From Chiloscyllium plagiosum (lineage: Eukaryota), in NCBI RefSeq assembly GCF_004010195.1, contig NC_057759.1, forward strand, positions 6,983,774 through 7,003,773: a stretch of 20,000 nucleotides of DNA. Direction: 5' to 3'. Under the pieces are notes generated by a model. It was given only the letters and a program-made list of their open reading frames with translations. It made no database searches and was not told the origin of the DNA. This document shows, in pieces, positions 10,250-19,719 of this stretch. The translations under genes were made by a program, and so were the position numbers. Position 1 is the stretch's first letter. Every line of letters begins with the position of its first letter.

Positions 10250-10668
10250 TCTAACCCTAACCACGACTGAACCCTAACAGTAACCCGAATCCTAAGATCA
10301 AACCTAACCCAGCCTTAGCCATTACCCTAACATTAACCATAAACCTGAACTCAAACCCATCCTGAATACAAACTCAAAACCTAAACTGAAACTTAACTCA
10401 AACCCAACACTCTCCCTTACTCTAACTTTGATCCTAACTCAACAACTAACACTGATCCTAACCCTAACTGTAGACCTAGCTCTATCCCTAATCCTAACTC
10501 TGATTCCAACCCTAAACATAAACTTAATGCTAACATTAACTCTAATCTGAAACCTAAGTCTTAACATAACTCTAACCATGGCCCTCACTCAAACACTAAC
10601 GCTAACCCGAGCTCTCACCCTCATCATAATGCTAGCCCTCAGAATAACTAAACCTCACCCTAACACTA
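10250..10668 (+). repeat. Degenerate (CCCTAA)n telomere-like hexamer array
   Basis: About 420 bp with 6-nt periodicity (CCCTAA, CTCTAA, CACTAA, CCTGAA, CTCAAA variants); strongly G-poor on the + strand. Confidence 0.85.
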
Positions 10669-10828
10669 TTGTACCTGTTTAATATGCATTAAGTGGTTTT
10701 GACAATTATCTTCTATCGATGTGTTTATTCCCTGTTTATGACTGAGATAATGTCTTGGCAGCTCCTGTCTGTAACAGTGCAAAGCTACTCTCCAATATGC
10801 TGAGCATACTTTCTCTCTTTCCCTGCAG

Positions 10829-10859
10829 GAAAACCCTCAACTCTGTCACAGCCCAGGAG
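10829..10859 (+). CDS. Cytoplasmic micro-exon 1 (31 nt)
   Basis: Strong acceptor CTTTCTCTCTTTCCCTGCAG and consensus donor AG|GTAAGT; phase 1-2. Reads GKPSTLSQPR. It is required to put the next exon in frame. Confidence 0.85.
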
Positions 10860-11383
10860 GTAAGTGACTGAAACTACAGTTTTTATATTTGCCATTGTTT
10901 TCCCGTATTCCTCTTAATCAGGGAGAGACCACCGAAGTGAAGAGGTCATAGAAGGAGCTTAGATATGACTGCATCCTTTTAACATAAACCAGTAAACCAT
11001 ACGTTAGGAATGTCCCATGTGTCTTTTATACAATCCATAGGGAGGTGGACCAATCCTTATTGTCCATCGTTGATTGCTACAGAGGACAGTTATAGTTAAT
11101 CAGTGGTTCGAGTCTCATGTGGGCCTCGACCGGGCAAAGACAACATATTTCCTTCCCCAAAGGACATTACTGAAAACAAAATGAAGAACTGGGCAGCTCC
11201 TTGAGGGCGAGAATTCTACATGTTCGGATGGAAACCAGGGATGTAGGACCAGGGAATAACAGATCTCGCTGAGTTCAGTATTTTCTGTGATAGCTTTGCC
11301 GTCTTGTTGAAGTTGAAAATGGTCTTGAAAGCATTGTGTTCGGAATGACGATGTCCTTTCCCTTTCTTTTCTACTGGAACTAG

Positions 11384-11457
11384 ATCCCAATCTTCTTGTG
11401 AAAGGACAGCAGTCAGCAATCTGGAGTATGCAGTAGTTGGAGAAGCACATAATGCTG
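11384..11457 (+). CDS. Cytoplasmic exon 2 with ITIM LEYAVV
   Basis: Polypyrimidine tract and TAG acceptor, donor G|GTGAGT; 74 nt, phase 2-1. Reads RSQSSCERTAVSNLEYAVVGEAHNA. ITIM at 11421-11438. Confidence 0.87.
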
Positions 11458-11934
11458 GTGAGTGCCATTGAATCCGTGTGATTAATGAGCTCCACACAGT
11501 GATCGAGCACCGAAGCCTGGTAGAAATTCTCAATAAACATCCGAGCCAATTTGCTTGAGTAGGCCAATTTGCTTGGTGCTGCGGAGGCTGAGCGAGGATT
11601 CAGAAACTAGATAACAGGAGTAGACCATTCAGCCATGTTAGCCTGCCCCACCATCCGTTATGATCATGGCTGACCATCCAACTCAATCTCCAGTTCCCAT
11701 ACAAACTCGGCGAAGGTCACTTGGCCGTTTTAGCCTGCTCCGCCTGTTTGGTAGGATCAGGGCTGAACATGAAACTCAGTCCCTGGTTCCCCGCTTTCTC
11801 TGTCATACTCTTCAACCCCGTTAACCCCAAAAAATGCCAACTGCTTCTTGCTGGAGTTGGACAAAATGATGACTCTCTTGGAAAAGGTAAACAGGAAGAA
11901 ACGTTTTCTCTCGACAGAGGGATCAATGGGGGCC

Positions 11935-12287
11935 ATAGAAAGAATTTATAAAGTTCAGGACAGGAACAAATCCTTTGGCCCTCCAAGCCTGCACCGATCA
12001 TCATGCCCTTACCAACCTTAAAAAAAGCCTCCCGTACTTATTTGGCTTGTATTCCACAATTCTCTCCCTGTTCACGTAACCACCCAGACACCTATTAAAT
12101 GTCACCTAAGTGCCTGCTTCCATCACCACTTCTGGCGATGCTTTTCAGGCTCCTACCACTCACTGCGTGAAAAGCTTCCCTCGCATATCTCTCTTAGCCT
12201 TTTCCTATTTCTCACCTCGAGCCTGTGCCCCGTTGCAAATTGAAACATCAAACCTGGGACAAATCCTCTGACTATCTACTCTATCCA
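11935..12287 (-). mobile_element. CR1-type LINE 3' tail
   Basis: Reverse tail: CAGGAACAAATCCTTTGGCCCTCCAAGCCTGCACC...CCTGCTTCCATCACCACTTCTGGC. Confidence 0.7.
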
Positions 12288-12420
12288 AGATTTGGAGATG
12301 CCGATGTTGGACTGGGGTGTACAAAGTTAAAAATCACACAACACCAGGTTATAGTCCAACAGGTTTAATTGGAAGCACACTAGCTTTCGGAGCGACGCTC
12401 CTTCATCAGGTGATTGTGAA
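12288..12420 (-). mobile_element. Penelope-like terminal-repeat fragment, little decayed
   Basis: Retains CpGs, contains a hammerhead motif and a 9-bp inverted repeat TGTTGGACT (12305-12313) / AGTCCAACA (12353-12361). Confidence 0.75.
12378..12412 (-). ncRNA. Minimal type I hammerhead ribozyme motif (Penelope-associated)
   Basis: Minus strand reads CAC CUGAUGA A GGAGC GUC GCUCC GAA AGCU A GUG. Stem I is CAC/GUG, the core is intact, stem II has 5 bp, and palindromic AGCU replaces stem III. Confidence 0.75.
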
Positions 12421-12429
12421 GACGAGCAT

Positions 12430-12720
12430 GCCACTTGCATTCTTTAACACCTTGGCCACCATATATTGAAGGAAGGAGCAGGATCTTCAGAGGGGGATCC
12501 GAGGAAAATAAAAATAGATAGTGATGGGAAATCTGGAACTCAGTGCCTGTAAGTGTGGGAGAGACAGAAGTACGTAGTGAAGAAGAATTTAAATATGAAC
12601 TTGCCATGCCAAGGGTATGGGTCAAGTGCAGTGGAGATGGGATCAGCATACAGAGAGGTAGGTGTTTTTGACTGGCACAGATTTTTGGGCATTTCTTTCT
12701 GTGCTGTAGACATCTATCTT
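12430..12720 (+). mobile_element. Old CR1-type 3' tail
   Basis: GGAAATCTGGAACTCAGTGCCTG...TTTCTGTGCTGTAGAC tail pattern. Confidence 0.55.
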
Positions 12721-13343
12721 CAACCAATCTCTTTTAAAAATGGCTATGGCTGTCAATATTCTGTGACTGGACCTCCATTAAGGTGTTCGGCCTGACTAAG
12801 TAATGCTTATTTAATCTCAAGTAACACTCGAAACTCAGGGTGCAGTTCTCTGGTGTTGAGAAATCCAACAGACGTTGGTTACAACGAACGATTATGTGCA
12901 TAGATCCGGTTCCTCACACACAAGAACGCCCTGAGCAAACAGTAATGAACAACATCACGTTTCCAGTATGGTAGTCTTTCAAGAGGTTTCAGCTAACTTA
13001 TTGATCGCTAATGAAGTGTCTCATATGCATGTTTATCTCCACATCTATCAAAATAAGTTCATAGTACCATAATACATGAGTAGAATTAGGCCATTCAGCT
13101 TATTAACAGCTCCCCCTGGACCATGGCGGATATATTCCTCAACCTCATTCCTGCCTTCTCCCGATTAACCTTCATCCCCCTTACTAACCACGCTCCTATC
13201 GATCTCGGTCAAAAAGGTATTTGTCTATCCTTTTCTCTAATCATCTATCTATCCAATTCGTTTAATCTATGGATCATTTAGCCCATTATAGTGAAACTGT
13301 CGGATTCATGTGTGTTTTTGGTATGCACTTCATTTCTTTCTAG

Positions 13344-13403
13344 ATAACAACATTGCTGAACTGGTTTATTCAGAGGTCACCATCAAGAAGAGAACAAAGC
13401 CCA
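13344..13403 (+). CDS. Cytoplasmic exon 3 with ITIM LVYSEV
   Basis: Acceptor TTTCTTTCTAG, donor A|GTAAAT; 60 nt, phase 1-1. Reads DNNIAELVYSEVTIKKRTKP. ITIM at 13361-13378. Confidence 0.85.
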
Positions 13404-13921
13404 GTAAATATCTCATTTTTTAAATACTACGATTGTGTGAGAGGGGATGTGAAGGTTGGGTGTAGCATCATTGAACCTCCAACAATAACACGATTCCAGT
13501 TGCTGAGCAAATGTCTCTGTGTGTGAGACCAGTTCAAAACATGGAAGTACCGCGGTACTTTGACAGACAGAGTGTGAGGGAGTGCAGCGTGTGCCAAACT
13601 AAAAAGAAATTGTCTGCATTTACGAAGAGTGGACAGTAAGCCAGCCAATTAGAAATGAGACTCCATCTGCTCTGTCCCTTTATTCTCCTGCAGGTAGGGT
13701 AAAGGCAAACAATTCGGAGATGCTTTATATGTTGTCAGTGACCCCTAACAATCACGCAGTGCAATTAGACAGATATAGCTGTGTGTGTTGGGTGGGTGAG
13801 TTATGATGGTAATTGCTTTATAATTCCGTTTTTTCACATGTATATATATTCTGTGTGTGTGAATGGCAGAGGGACATGCACTTTATTTAACTGAGGCAGA
13901 CAGAGATCATTTTCATTTCAA

Positions 13922-14108
13922 ATTAAGAACTGCAGATGCTGCAGATCTGAAACAAATTCGGACATTTCAGGAGAAACTCAACAGGTCTGGCTGCGTCTGC
14001 GGGGAGAAAGAGAGAGAAACTGAGCTGACTTTGCAGAATACAAAAGCAGAAGGTGCTGGGGAAATTCAGCAGATCTGGCACCATCTGTGGAGAGAGAGAA
14101 AGCAAGTC
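13922..14108 (-). mobile_element. Two tandem decayed Penelope-like terminal-repeat fragments
   Basis: GAACTGCAGATGCTG...AAACTCAACAGGTCTGGCTGCGTCTG and AAATTCAGCAGATCTGGCACCATCTGTGGAGAGA both resemble 19770-19812. Confidence 0.6.
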
Positions 14109-14411
14109 CTCTTTTTGTTATATAATACTTAAGGCTGATTTGCCAAATACTGCCACTCAACGATTTGAGATAACCGAGAAAATAGAAACATCGCAAATCA
14201 TATTATTGCTCAGAAAGTTGAGCTTCCCATTACCATGCAGATTCTTGTCAACACGCATACGCGACATTTGAAACGAAATTTGCCTTATCTACAATGAAAT
14301 CTGTCTCTCAGAACACATTCTAGTCACCGTTTCAGGGATGAGCAGTAAAAGTCATGTTCATCCAGAAGGTTATCCTGTTCTCTCGTTTTGGGAGGTGCGG
14401 GGAGGGGGGCG

Positions 14412-14580
14412 GAACTGGGAGCGGTTTAATTTGAGGGTAATTATGCATCATGAGAGGGGAGAGATTCAGAAGGAGAGCCCTTCAGGGTAATTTCAGCTGG
14501 TGTGGGAATTATGCCCATGTTGGCAAAGTTTGGTGTATAATGCATTGCAAAAACTAGCCATGCAGCCAGCTGAACCACAC
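14412..14580 (-). mobile_element. Decayed tRNA-derived SINE
   Basis: Minus strand begins GGTTCAGCTGGCTGCATGGCTAG (A-box-like), followed by GGGCATAATTCCCACACCAGCTG (decayed B box). Confidence 0.5.
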
Positions 14581-15006
14581 AGTATTAGCAGCATACAACA
14601 GTTAAAACCCAAATATATGTAACATGAATAGTTCACTCATGGCTCTTATGCCCAACAACTGGGCAAGTGATGCAAAGACTGATGACATTAAGACGGCCTG
14701 TCGAAGATCTTGCACTAACCAGCATTGTAAAAACTGATACACCGTCTTAATGATCAGACAACAAATTGCACGATTTAAAGGGAGCCAAATTGTCTGAGTG
14801 CGATATTCTAAAGTGTCTGCATTGATTGAGAGGGACATACTTCGGAAAATGTTGCACTGTATTTTTTTCACAAGCTGACAAAAGCACAGCTGCACTTTTT
14901 CAAGATGCAACTCCGTATTTAGTGTTGATCAACCCTCAATGGGTCCAGATACAATCGTTAATACCTGCAAAGAGTTCCTTCTCATCTTATTCTGTTTTAT
15001 TTTCAG

Positions 15007-15041
15007 ACAACAGTAGTGCATTCTCCTCCGATGTGAAGAAG
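15007..15041 (+). CDS. Cytoplasmic micro-exon 4 (35 nt)
   Basis: Acceptor TGTTTTATTTTCAG, donor AAG|GTATGT; phase 1-0. Reads NNSSAFSSDVKK and bridges the phase to the last exon. Confidence 0.8.
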
Positions 15042-15164
15042 GTATGTCACATTTTGGATCTAAATAGAATACAGGTATTGCCACAGAACGTTTGGGTAGA
15101 TTTGCACCTTGCATCCACAGTGTAAAAGGTCAACTCTTGGTTATTATCAGACTAATTGAAGGAT

Positions 15165-16010
15165 ACGCCGTAGAACGTAGGGGCAGGTGTAGGGCATTCA
15201 GCCCTTCCAACTTACTCTCCCCATTCAATCGGATCACACAACTCAGTCTTCTGTTTCCCCAGTTTCTCCCTTTAACCCCTAAGAACTCTATCCAACTACT
15301 TCCTGAACAATATTCCATGTTTTGGCCCTGACTGCTTTCGGTGGCAGAGAATTTCACAGGTTCCCCCACTCTCTGTGTGAAGACATTATGCCCCAGCTCA
15401 GTACAACTCCGTCTCCTTTCGACTATGACCCCCCAGCTTCTTTACTCCCTCCTGTTCATCAAGAACATCCTTCCTGTTATTACCCTGTTCAGTCCTCTTG
15501 CAATTCTATTAGATTCCCCGTCATTCTTCTGAACTCCTGAGAATATAATCATAATTAATCCATTCTCTCTTCATCCGTCCGTCCTGCCAACCCAGGAATC
15601 ACATTGGAAAATCTTCCCTGCAGTCCCTCCATAGCCGAAACGTCCTTCCTCAGATAAGGAGACCCCAAACTGCGTACACAGTACGGGAGGGTGTCGTCTC
15701 ACCATGTGCAAATGCAGCAAGATATCCCTGCTCCTGTTCTCGAATCCTGTCACTAGGCAGGCCAACATTCCATTTACCATTTACTTTCAGTGAATGTATA
15801 TGAGGGACACCCGTCTCATTACACCTTTCCCAATTCATCACCATTCGGATAATAATTCACCATCCTGATTTTGCTCTCAGTTGGATAATCTCACGATGAT
15901 CCACAATAAACTGCATCTGCTGTGCATTGGCCTACTCACTCAAATTGTCCAAATCACATTGATTCATCTCTGCATCCTCTTTCACATCTCTCCATCCCTC
16001 AAAGCTTTGT
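15165..16010 (-). mobile_element. Old CR1-type LINE 3' fragment
   Basis: Minus-strand remnants of GFENRSRDILLHL and of the WA..WQMQF segment. Reverse tail begins GAACGTAGGGGCAGGTGTAGGGCATTCAGCCC. Confidence 0.8.
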
Positions 16011-16204
16011 GCCTGTCTTTAAAAACAACGGAGAATTACCAGTAACGGTTTCTCAATGGAATAGATCACTCTCTGTTTTGCATTCCACTTCCAATGCACT
16101 GGGACAAGTGAGTTTAAAACTAGGGCAATTAGGTTGGTGATGTTTCATTTCCCTTTCGTACATTATTAAAACATCACTGGTTAAGTAGCTGGCAGTCTGT
16201 TATC

Positions 16205-16580
16205 ATTTGCACCGTTTGGTAGCAGCAATGTATACTATCTACAAGATGCACTGTAGAAAGTCACCAAAGATCCAGAGACAGCACCTTCCAAATCCACAGC
16301 TTCTTCCACCTAGAAGGACAAGGACAGCAGATGGGAACACCAACACTTGCGAGCTCCCCTCTGAGCCACTTACCATCCTTCAGAATACATCGGCCTTTCC
16401 TTCAGTGTTGCTGGTTCAAAATGGTGCAATTCCCTCCCTCAGTGAATTGTGAGTGGGCCTACAGCATGCGGGACTACAGTGGCTCAGGAAGGCAGCTCAT
16501 AGTCATATTCTCAGAAGAGCACCTGGAGACAGGGCAACAAATGTTCGGCCCAGCCAGCGATGTTGCTGGCCTGTAAGTAA
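16205..16580 (+). mobile_element. 3' end of a second, non-HER1 LINE family
   Basis: ORF2 C-terminus-like HR..VAAMYTIYKMHC...RQHLPNP.LLPPRRTR. The tail GGGCAACAAATGTTCGGCCCAGCCAGCGATG is shared with the SINE at 17975-18300. Confidence 0.7.
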
Positions 16581-16589
16581 ATGGTAACA

Positions 16590-16820
16590 AAATCAATATC
16601 CCCTCAACCTACTGTGCTCCAACGAACATAACAAACATTATCCAGTTTCTCGTCATTGCTGAAATGTTCCATCCGAGACAACATCCGAAGGAATCTCCTC
16701 TGTAATCCTCCAGTGCAATCTCATCTTTCTGAAAGTGTGCAGATTGAAACTGCTCACAATGGCCTAATCAAAACGCTGCCCCGCTCAAACATCACCTTTT
16801 TACTTCTATAATCCAAATGG
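16590..16820 (-). mobile_element. Highly decayed CR1-type fragment
   Basis: GACAACATCCGAAGGAATCTCCTCTG...CCAGTGCAATC...AAACTGCTCACAAT is the reverse of the YC.QF/ALE.VQRRF region. Confidence 0.55.
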
Positions 16821-16827
16821 TACACCA

Positions 16828-16893
16828 CAGGAGCATGTGGGAATTTAACCCTGCCCTCTTGTGTCAGAGATAGGGACATTACCACTGTGCCAC
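16828..16893 (-). mobile_element. tRNA-derived SINE head
   Basis: Minus strand GTGGCACAGTGGTAATG (A box) ... GGGTTAAATTCCCAC (B box). Confidence 0.6.
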
Positions 16894-17046
16894 AGATTTC
16901 TAACTAGCAGACCCTGAACTGCCTGCTGGTGATTCCCATTTTCTCCTGATATTCCGTGCTACCTGTAGCCCAACTGACTTCTCCTTCCCCTTCTGCTTCC
17001 TGCTCTCACTCAATTCCAATTTCATTTTGATATCATTTAATTGCAG

Positions 17047-17166
17047 GATGCTCAGACTGACCTTGATGAGTATTGTATCACATACGCCACACTGAACCTC
17101 AGCGAGCCCTCGCAGGAAGAAGATGGAGCAGATGGAAACGTCTATGCAAATATTCCACCCAAGTAA
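17047..17166 (+). CDS. Terminal coding exon with ITIM ITYATL and NVYANI motif
   Basis: Acceptor TTAATTGCAG after a pyrimidine-rich tract; phase 0. Reads DAQTDLDEYCITYATLNLSEPSQEEDGADGNVYANIPPK followed by TAA at 17164-17166. Confidence 0.88.
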   Translation, partial: DAQTDLDEYCITYATLNLSEPSQEEDGADGNVYANIPPK

Positions 17167-17974
17167 GAAGCAAGAAGAAAAATTGCGAAGTAGAGGTGGG
17201 GTTCGTTCGACTCTATCAATCGTCTGGTGAAGAGGGATAATGCAACTCCTGTGTATAGCAAGCAAACGTGTCCACATTATGATGGAACTGTGTTTCACAA
17301 GGCATTCGGCTCCAATAATTTTCTTCCGTGGAAGTTATTTTCACGTCACTGTCTCTGTCAACCTACTCTGGGCCTTACAGATCGCTGGGTTTAACACTTG
17401 CCATTTAATTCGGCTGCTAGTGGTCTTTGTAAATGTAATGTGTGCCTCTCCTTCTCTCTCATGTCCATATCTGAGGATTGAACTTTTCAGTTGGCCCATG
17501 TTTAAGGGGAGGACTATATCATCTGTCCCCTCCTGTGAATGGACGACCAGGGATCTCTCCCATTTTGACTAACATTGAACAGGAATCGTCAGACGGATCT
17601 AACAGGCGGGAAACATTAAACTAGAAACCAGGCAGCTTCAATGGTTACTTTTCACAGTGAAAGTGTCCTAGGACGTGAGGCTTCAACTCGCAACTTCTGG
17701 CAGCGCAGACAGAACGGACACTGAGCTACAAGTCCCTGACGATCCAGAGAGAGGAGACACGGCTGACAGGAAGTCTCTACAAAAAAGGCTAGATCTCCCA
17801 AAGATCCGCCAACCTGCTGGAAGCGTCGGCCTGGATTTCTGAGTTTGCGAACACCATTGTGGGAATAGATGGGATGTCTGTCGCTGCAGATGTTTTGAAA
17901 ACGCCATGATGATGGGGTTGGGCATATCACACACCTCCAGAGCATCAGACTTGAATTTTGAATGCAGAAGCAAA

Positions 17975-18300
17975 GGCCTGGTGATATTATGGGTGGATGG
18001 TTAATCCAGGGACCTCAGTAATATTCTGGGGACCTGGGTGCGAATCCCATCACATCAGATGTTAGAATTCGAATCCAATACAAGTCTGGAATTAAGAGGC
18101 TGATGGTGACCATGAATCGATTATCACTAAAGCCCATTTGTTTCACTGATGTCTTTTAAGGAAGGAAACTGCTATCCTTACCTGGTCAGGCCTACATGTG
18201 ACTCCAGACCCACAGCAATATGGTTGACCTTTAACAGCACACTGGGCAATTAGCAATGGGCAATAAATATTAACCTATGCAGTGATGTCCCCCTCCCATG
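17975..18300 (+). mobile_element. Near-full-length tRNA-derived SINE
   Basis: B-box-like GGGTGCGAATCCC, central TCCTTACCTGGTCAGGCCTACATGTGACTCCAGACCCACAGCAAT, and tail GGGCAATTAGCAATGGGCAATAAAT. Confidence 0.8.
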
Positions 18301-18689
18301 AGTAAAAGGAGTGTTGGCCTCTCAGTTCGGAAGTAGTTAAAATACCACGGCAACTCTTAAGGGCTCGAACTGTTGTAAATACAGGCTTTGTTGAAGATGT
18401 TAATATTTTAACACCGCCCACGTGCGGATCTGATAACTGCAGCCAAACAGGAATAGAGCAGTGCAGGTCTGATTACAAACTGATAAGCACCATCAGGAAC
18501 AATGAGGGCCAAATCTTCTGGTCAATAGGTGCCATTTGTCTTTGAACGGAACATCAGGACGATGCCAATGAATTGTTAAAGATTAGAGCATTCACAGACT
18601 GTGACTGAATTATCGGTTTTTATACACCACAGCCCCTCATTCGGTCAAAGGATCTAGGGCATTGTTGGCAAGGACAGCATGAGTGTCTC

Positions 18690-19430
18690 TAATCGTAGAG
18701 TCACAGAGTCATACTGACAGGTAACAGATCCTACAGCCCAAGTAATCCGCTGACCAGGCTTCCTAAACTGTTGTTGACCCATATCCCTGTAAACATTTCC
18801 CATCATTGTATCTGTCCAAATGTCTCTTAAATGTTGTAACTGTACCCACGCATAACATTGTATGGCTGTTCGTTCCATACATGCACCACCAGGTCCCTTT
18901 TAAAACTTCCTCTATCATCTTTCACATATGCCCTCAGTTTTGGACTCTCCTTCCCTGAAGGTAAAGACCTTCGTTATTCATCTTACCATTGCACATCATC
19001 ATTTTATAAACCTCTACAGGGTCCATCGCTCAACCTCTGATATTCCAGGTGAAAAAACGCTAGCCTATCCAAGCTCTCCTTATTACCCAAACCCTCCAGT
19101 CTTGATAATATCCTTGTACAGCTTTCCTGCATCCTTTCCAGTTTAATAGCAGCCTTCTTATAGAAGGGTGACCAGAATTGCATGCAGTACTCCAAATGTG
19201 GTGTTATCAGTTCCTTGTACAGTTGTATCATGACACCCCACCACTTGTCCTCAGTGCTCTTTTACCAATCCATTGCTATTTGCATAATAATCCACTTCCT
19301 GTTTTTCCTCCCAGACTGGATAACCTAATGTCGACCCACATTAAACTGCATCTGACAGGCATTGACCCACTCACTCAAGTTATCCAAATCACAATGAAGC
19401 ATCTCTGCATCCGCTTTCACAGCTTCCCTC
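18690..19430 (-). mobile_element. CR1-type LINE fragments
   Basis: Minus-strand peptides IQLYKELITPHLEYCMQFWSPFYKK and DLDNLSEWVNACQMQFNV. Reverse tail AGAGTCACAGAGTCATA. Confidence 0.85.
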
Positions 19431-19719
19431 GCTACAAGCTTTGTGTTGAGATGGAAAACGAAATAAAAACACGATGGGCATGGTATTAATTCAGCAGTGG
19501 GAATTCTATTCATGGATGGTGCACATTGGGAAGGGTCTAATCTATTGCTGAGTTGCTGTAAATGTAATTCCTTGGTGGGCTTTGCTTTTGCAACAATAAT
19601 TCTATATTTGATAATGAGCAAAGTTCCAGTGCATAGCACATTAGTAGTTAATAAAAATTAATTAGAGATAAGCTGGCGGAATGCTATTGATCTGATGTGA
19701 GATGGTTATTAGAGAATGA

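Noticed and set aside
10250..10668. True telomere or CRISPR-like array
   Set aside because: The hexamers are highly degenerate and lie inside an intron. There is no repeat-spacer structure and no cas genes.
11115..11567. 150-aa minus-strand ORF, and the 132-aa ORF at 16900-17298
   Set aside because: They are antisense to real exons, with no recognisable domain or splice support.
17068..17154. YATL...YANI as a possible ITAM
   Set aside because: The motifs are 16 residues apart, whereas an ITAM needs about 6-8 (up to about 12). The TM core also has no charged residue for adaptor pairing.
1..17166. Assigning a gene symbol (FCRL5, PECAM1, MILR1, CD22)
   Set aside because: The motifs are shared among these families and the 5' exons lie outside the window. 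Assignment needs phylogeny and synteny.
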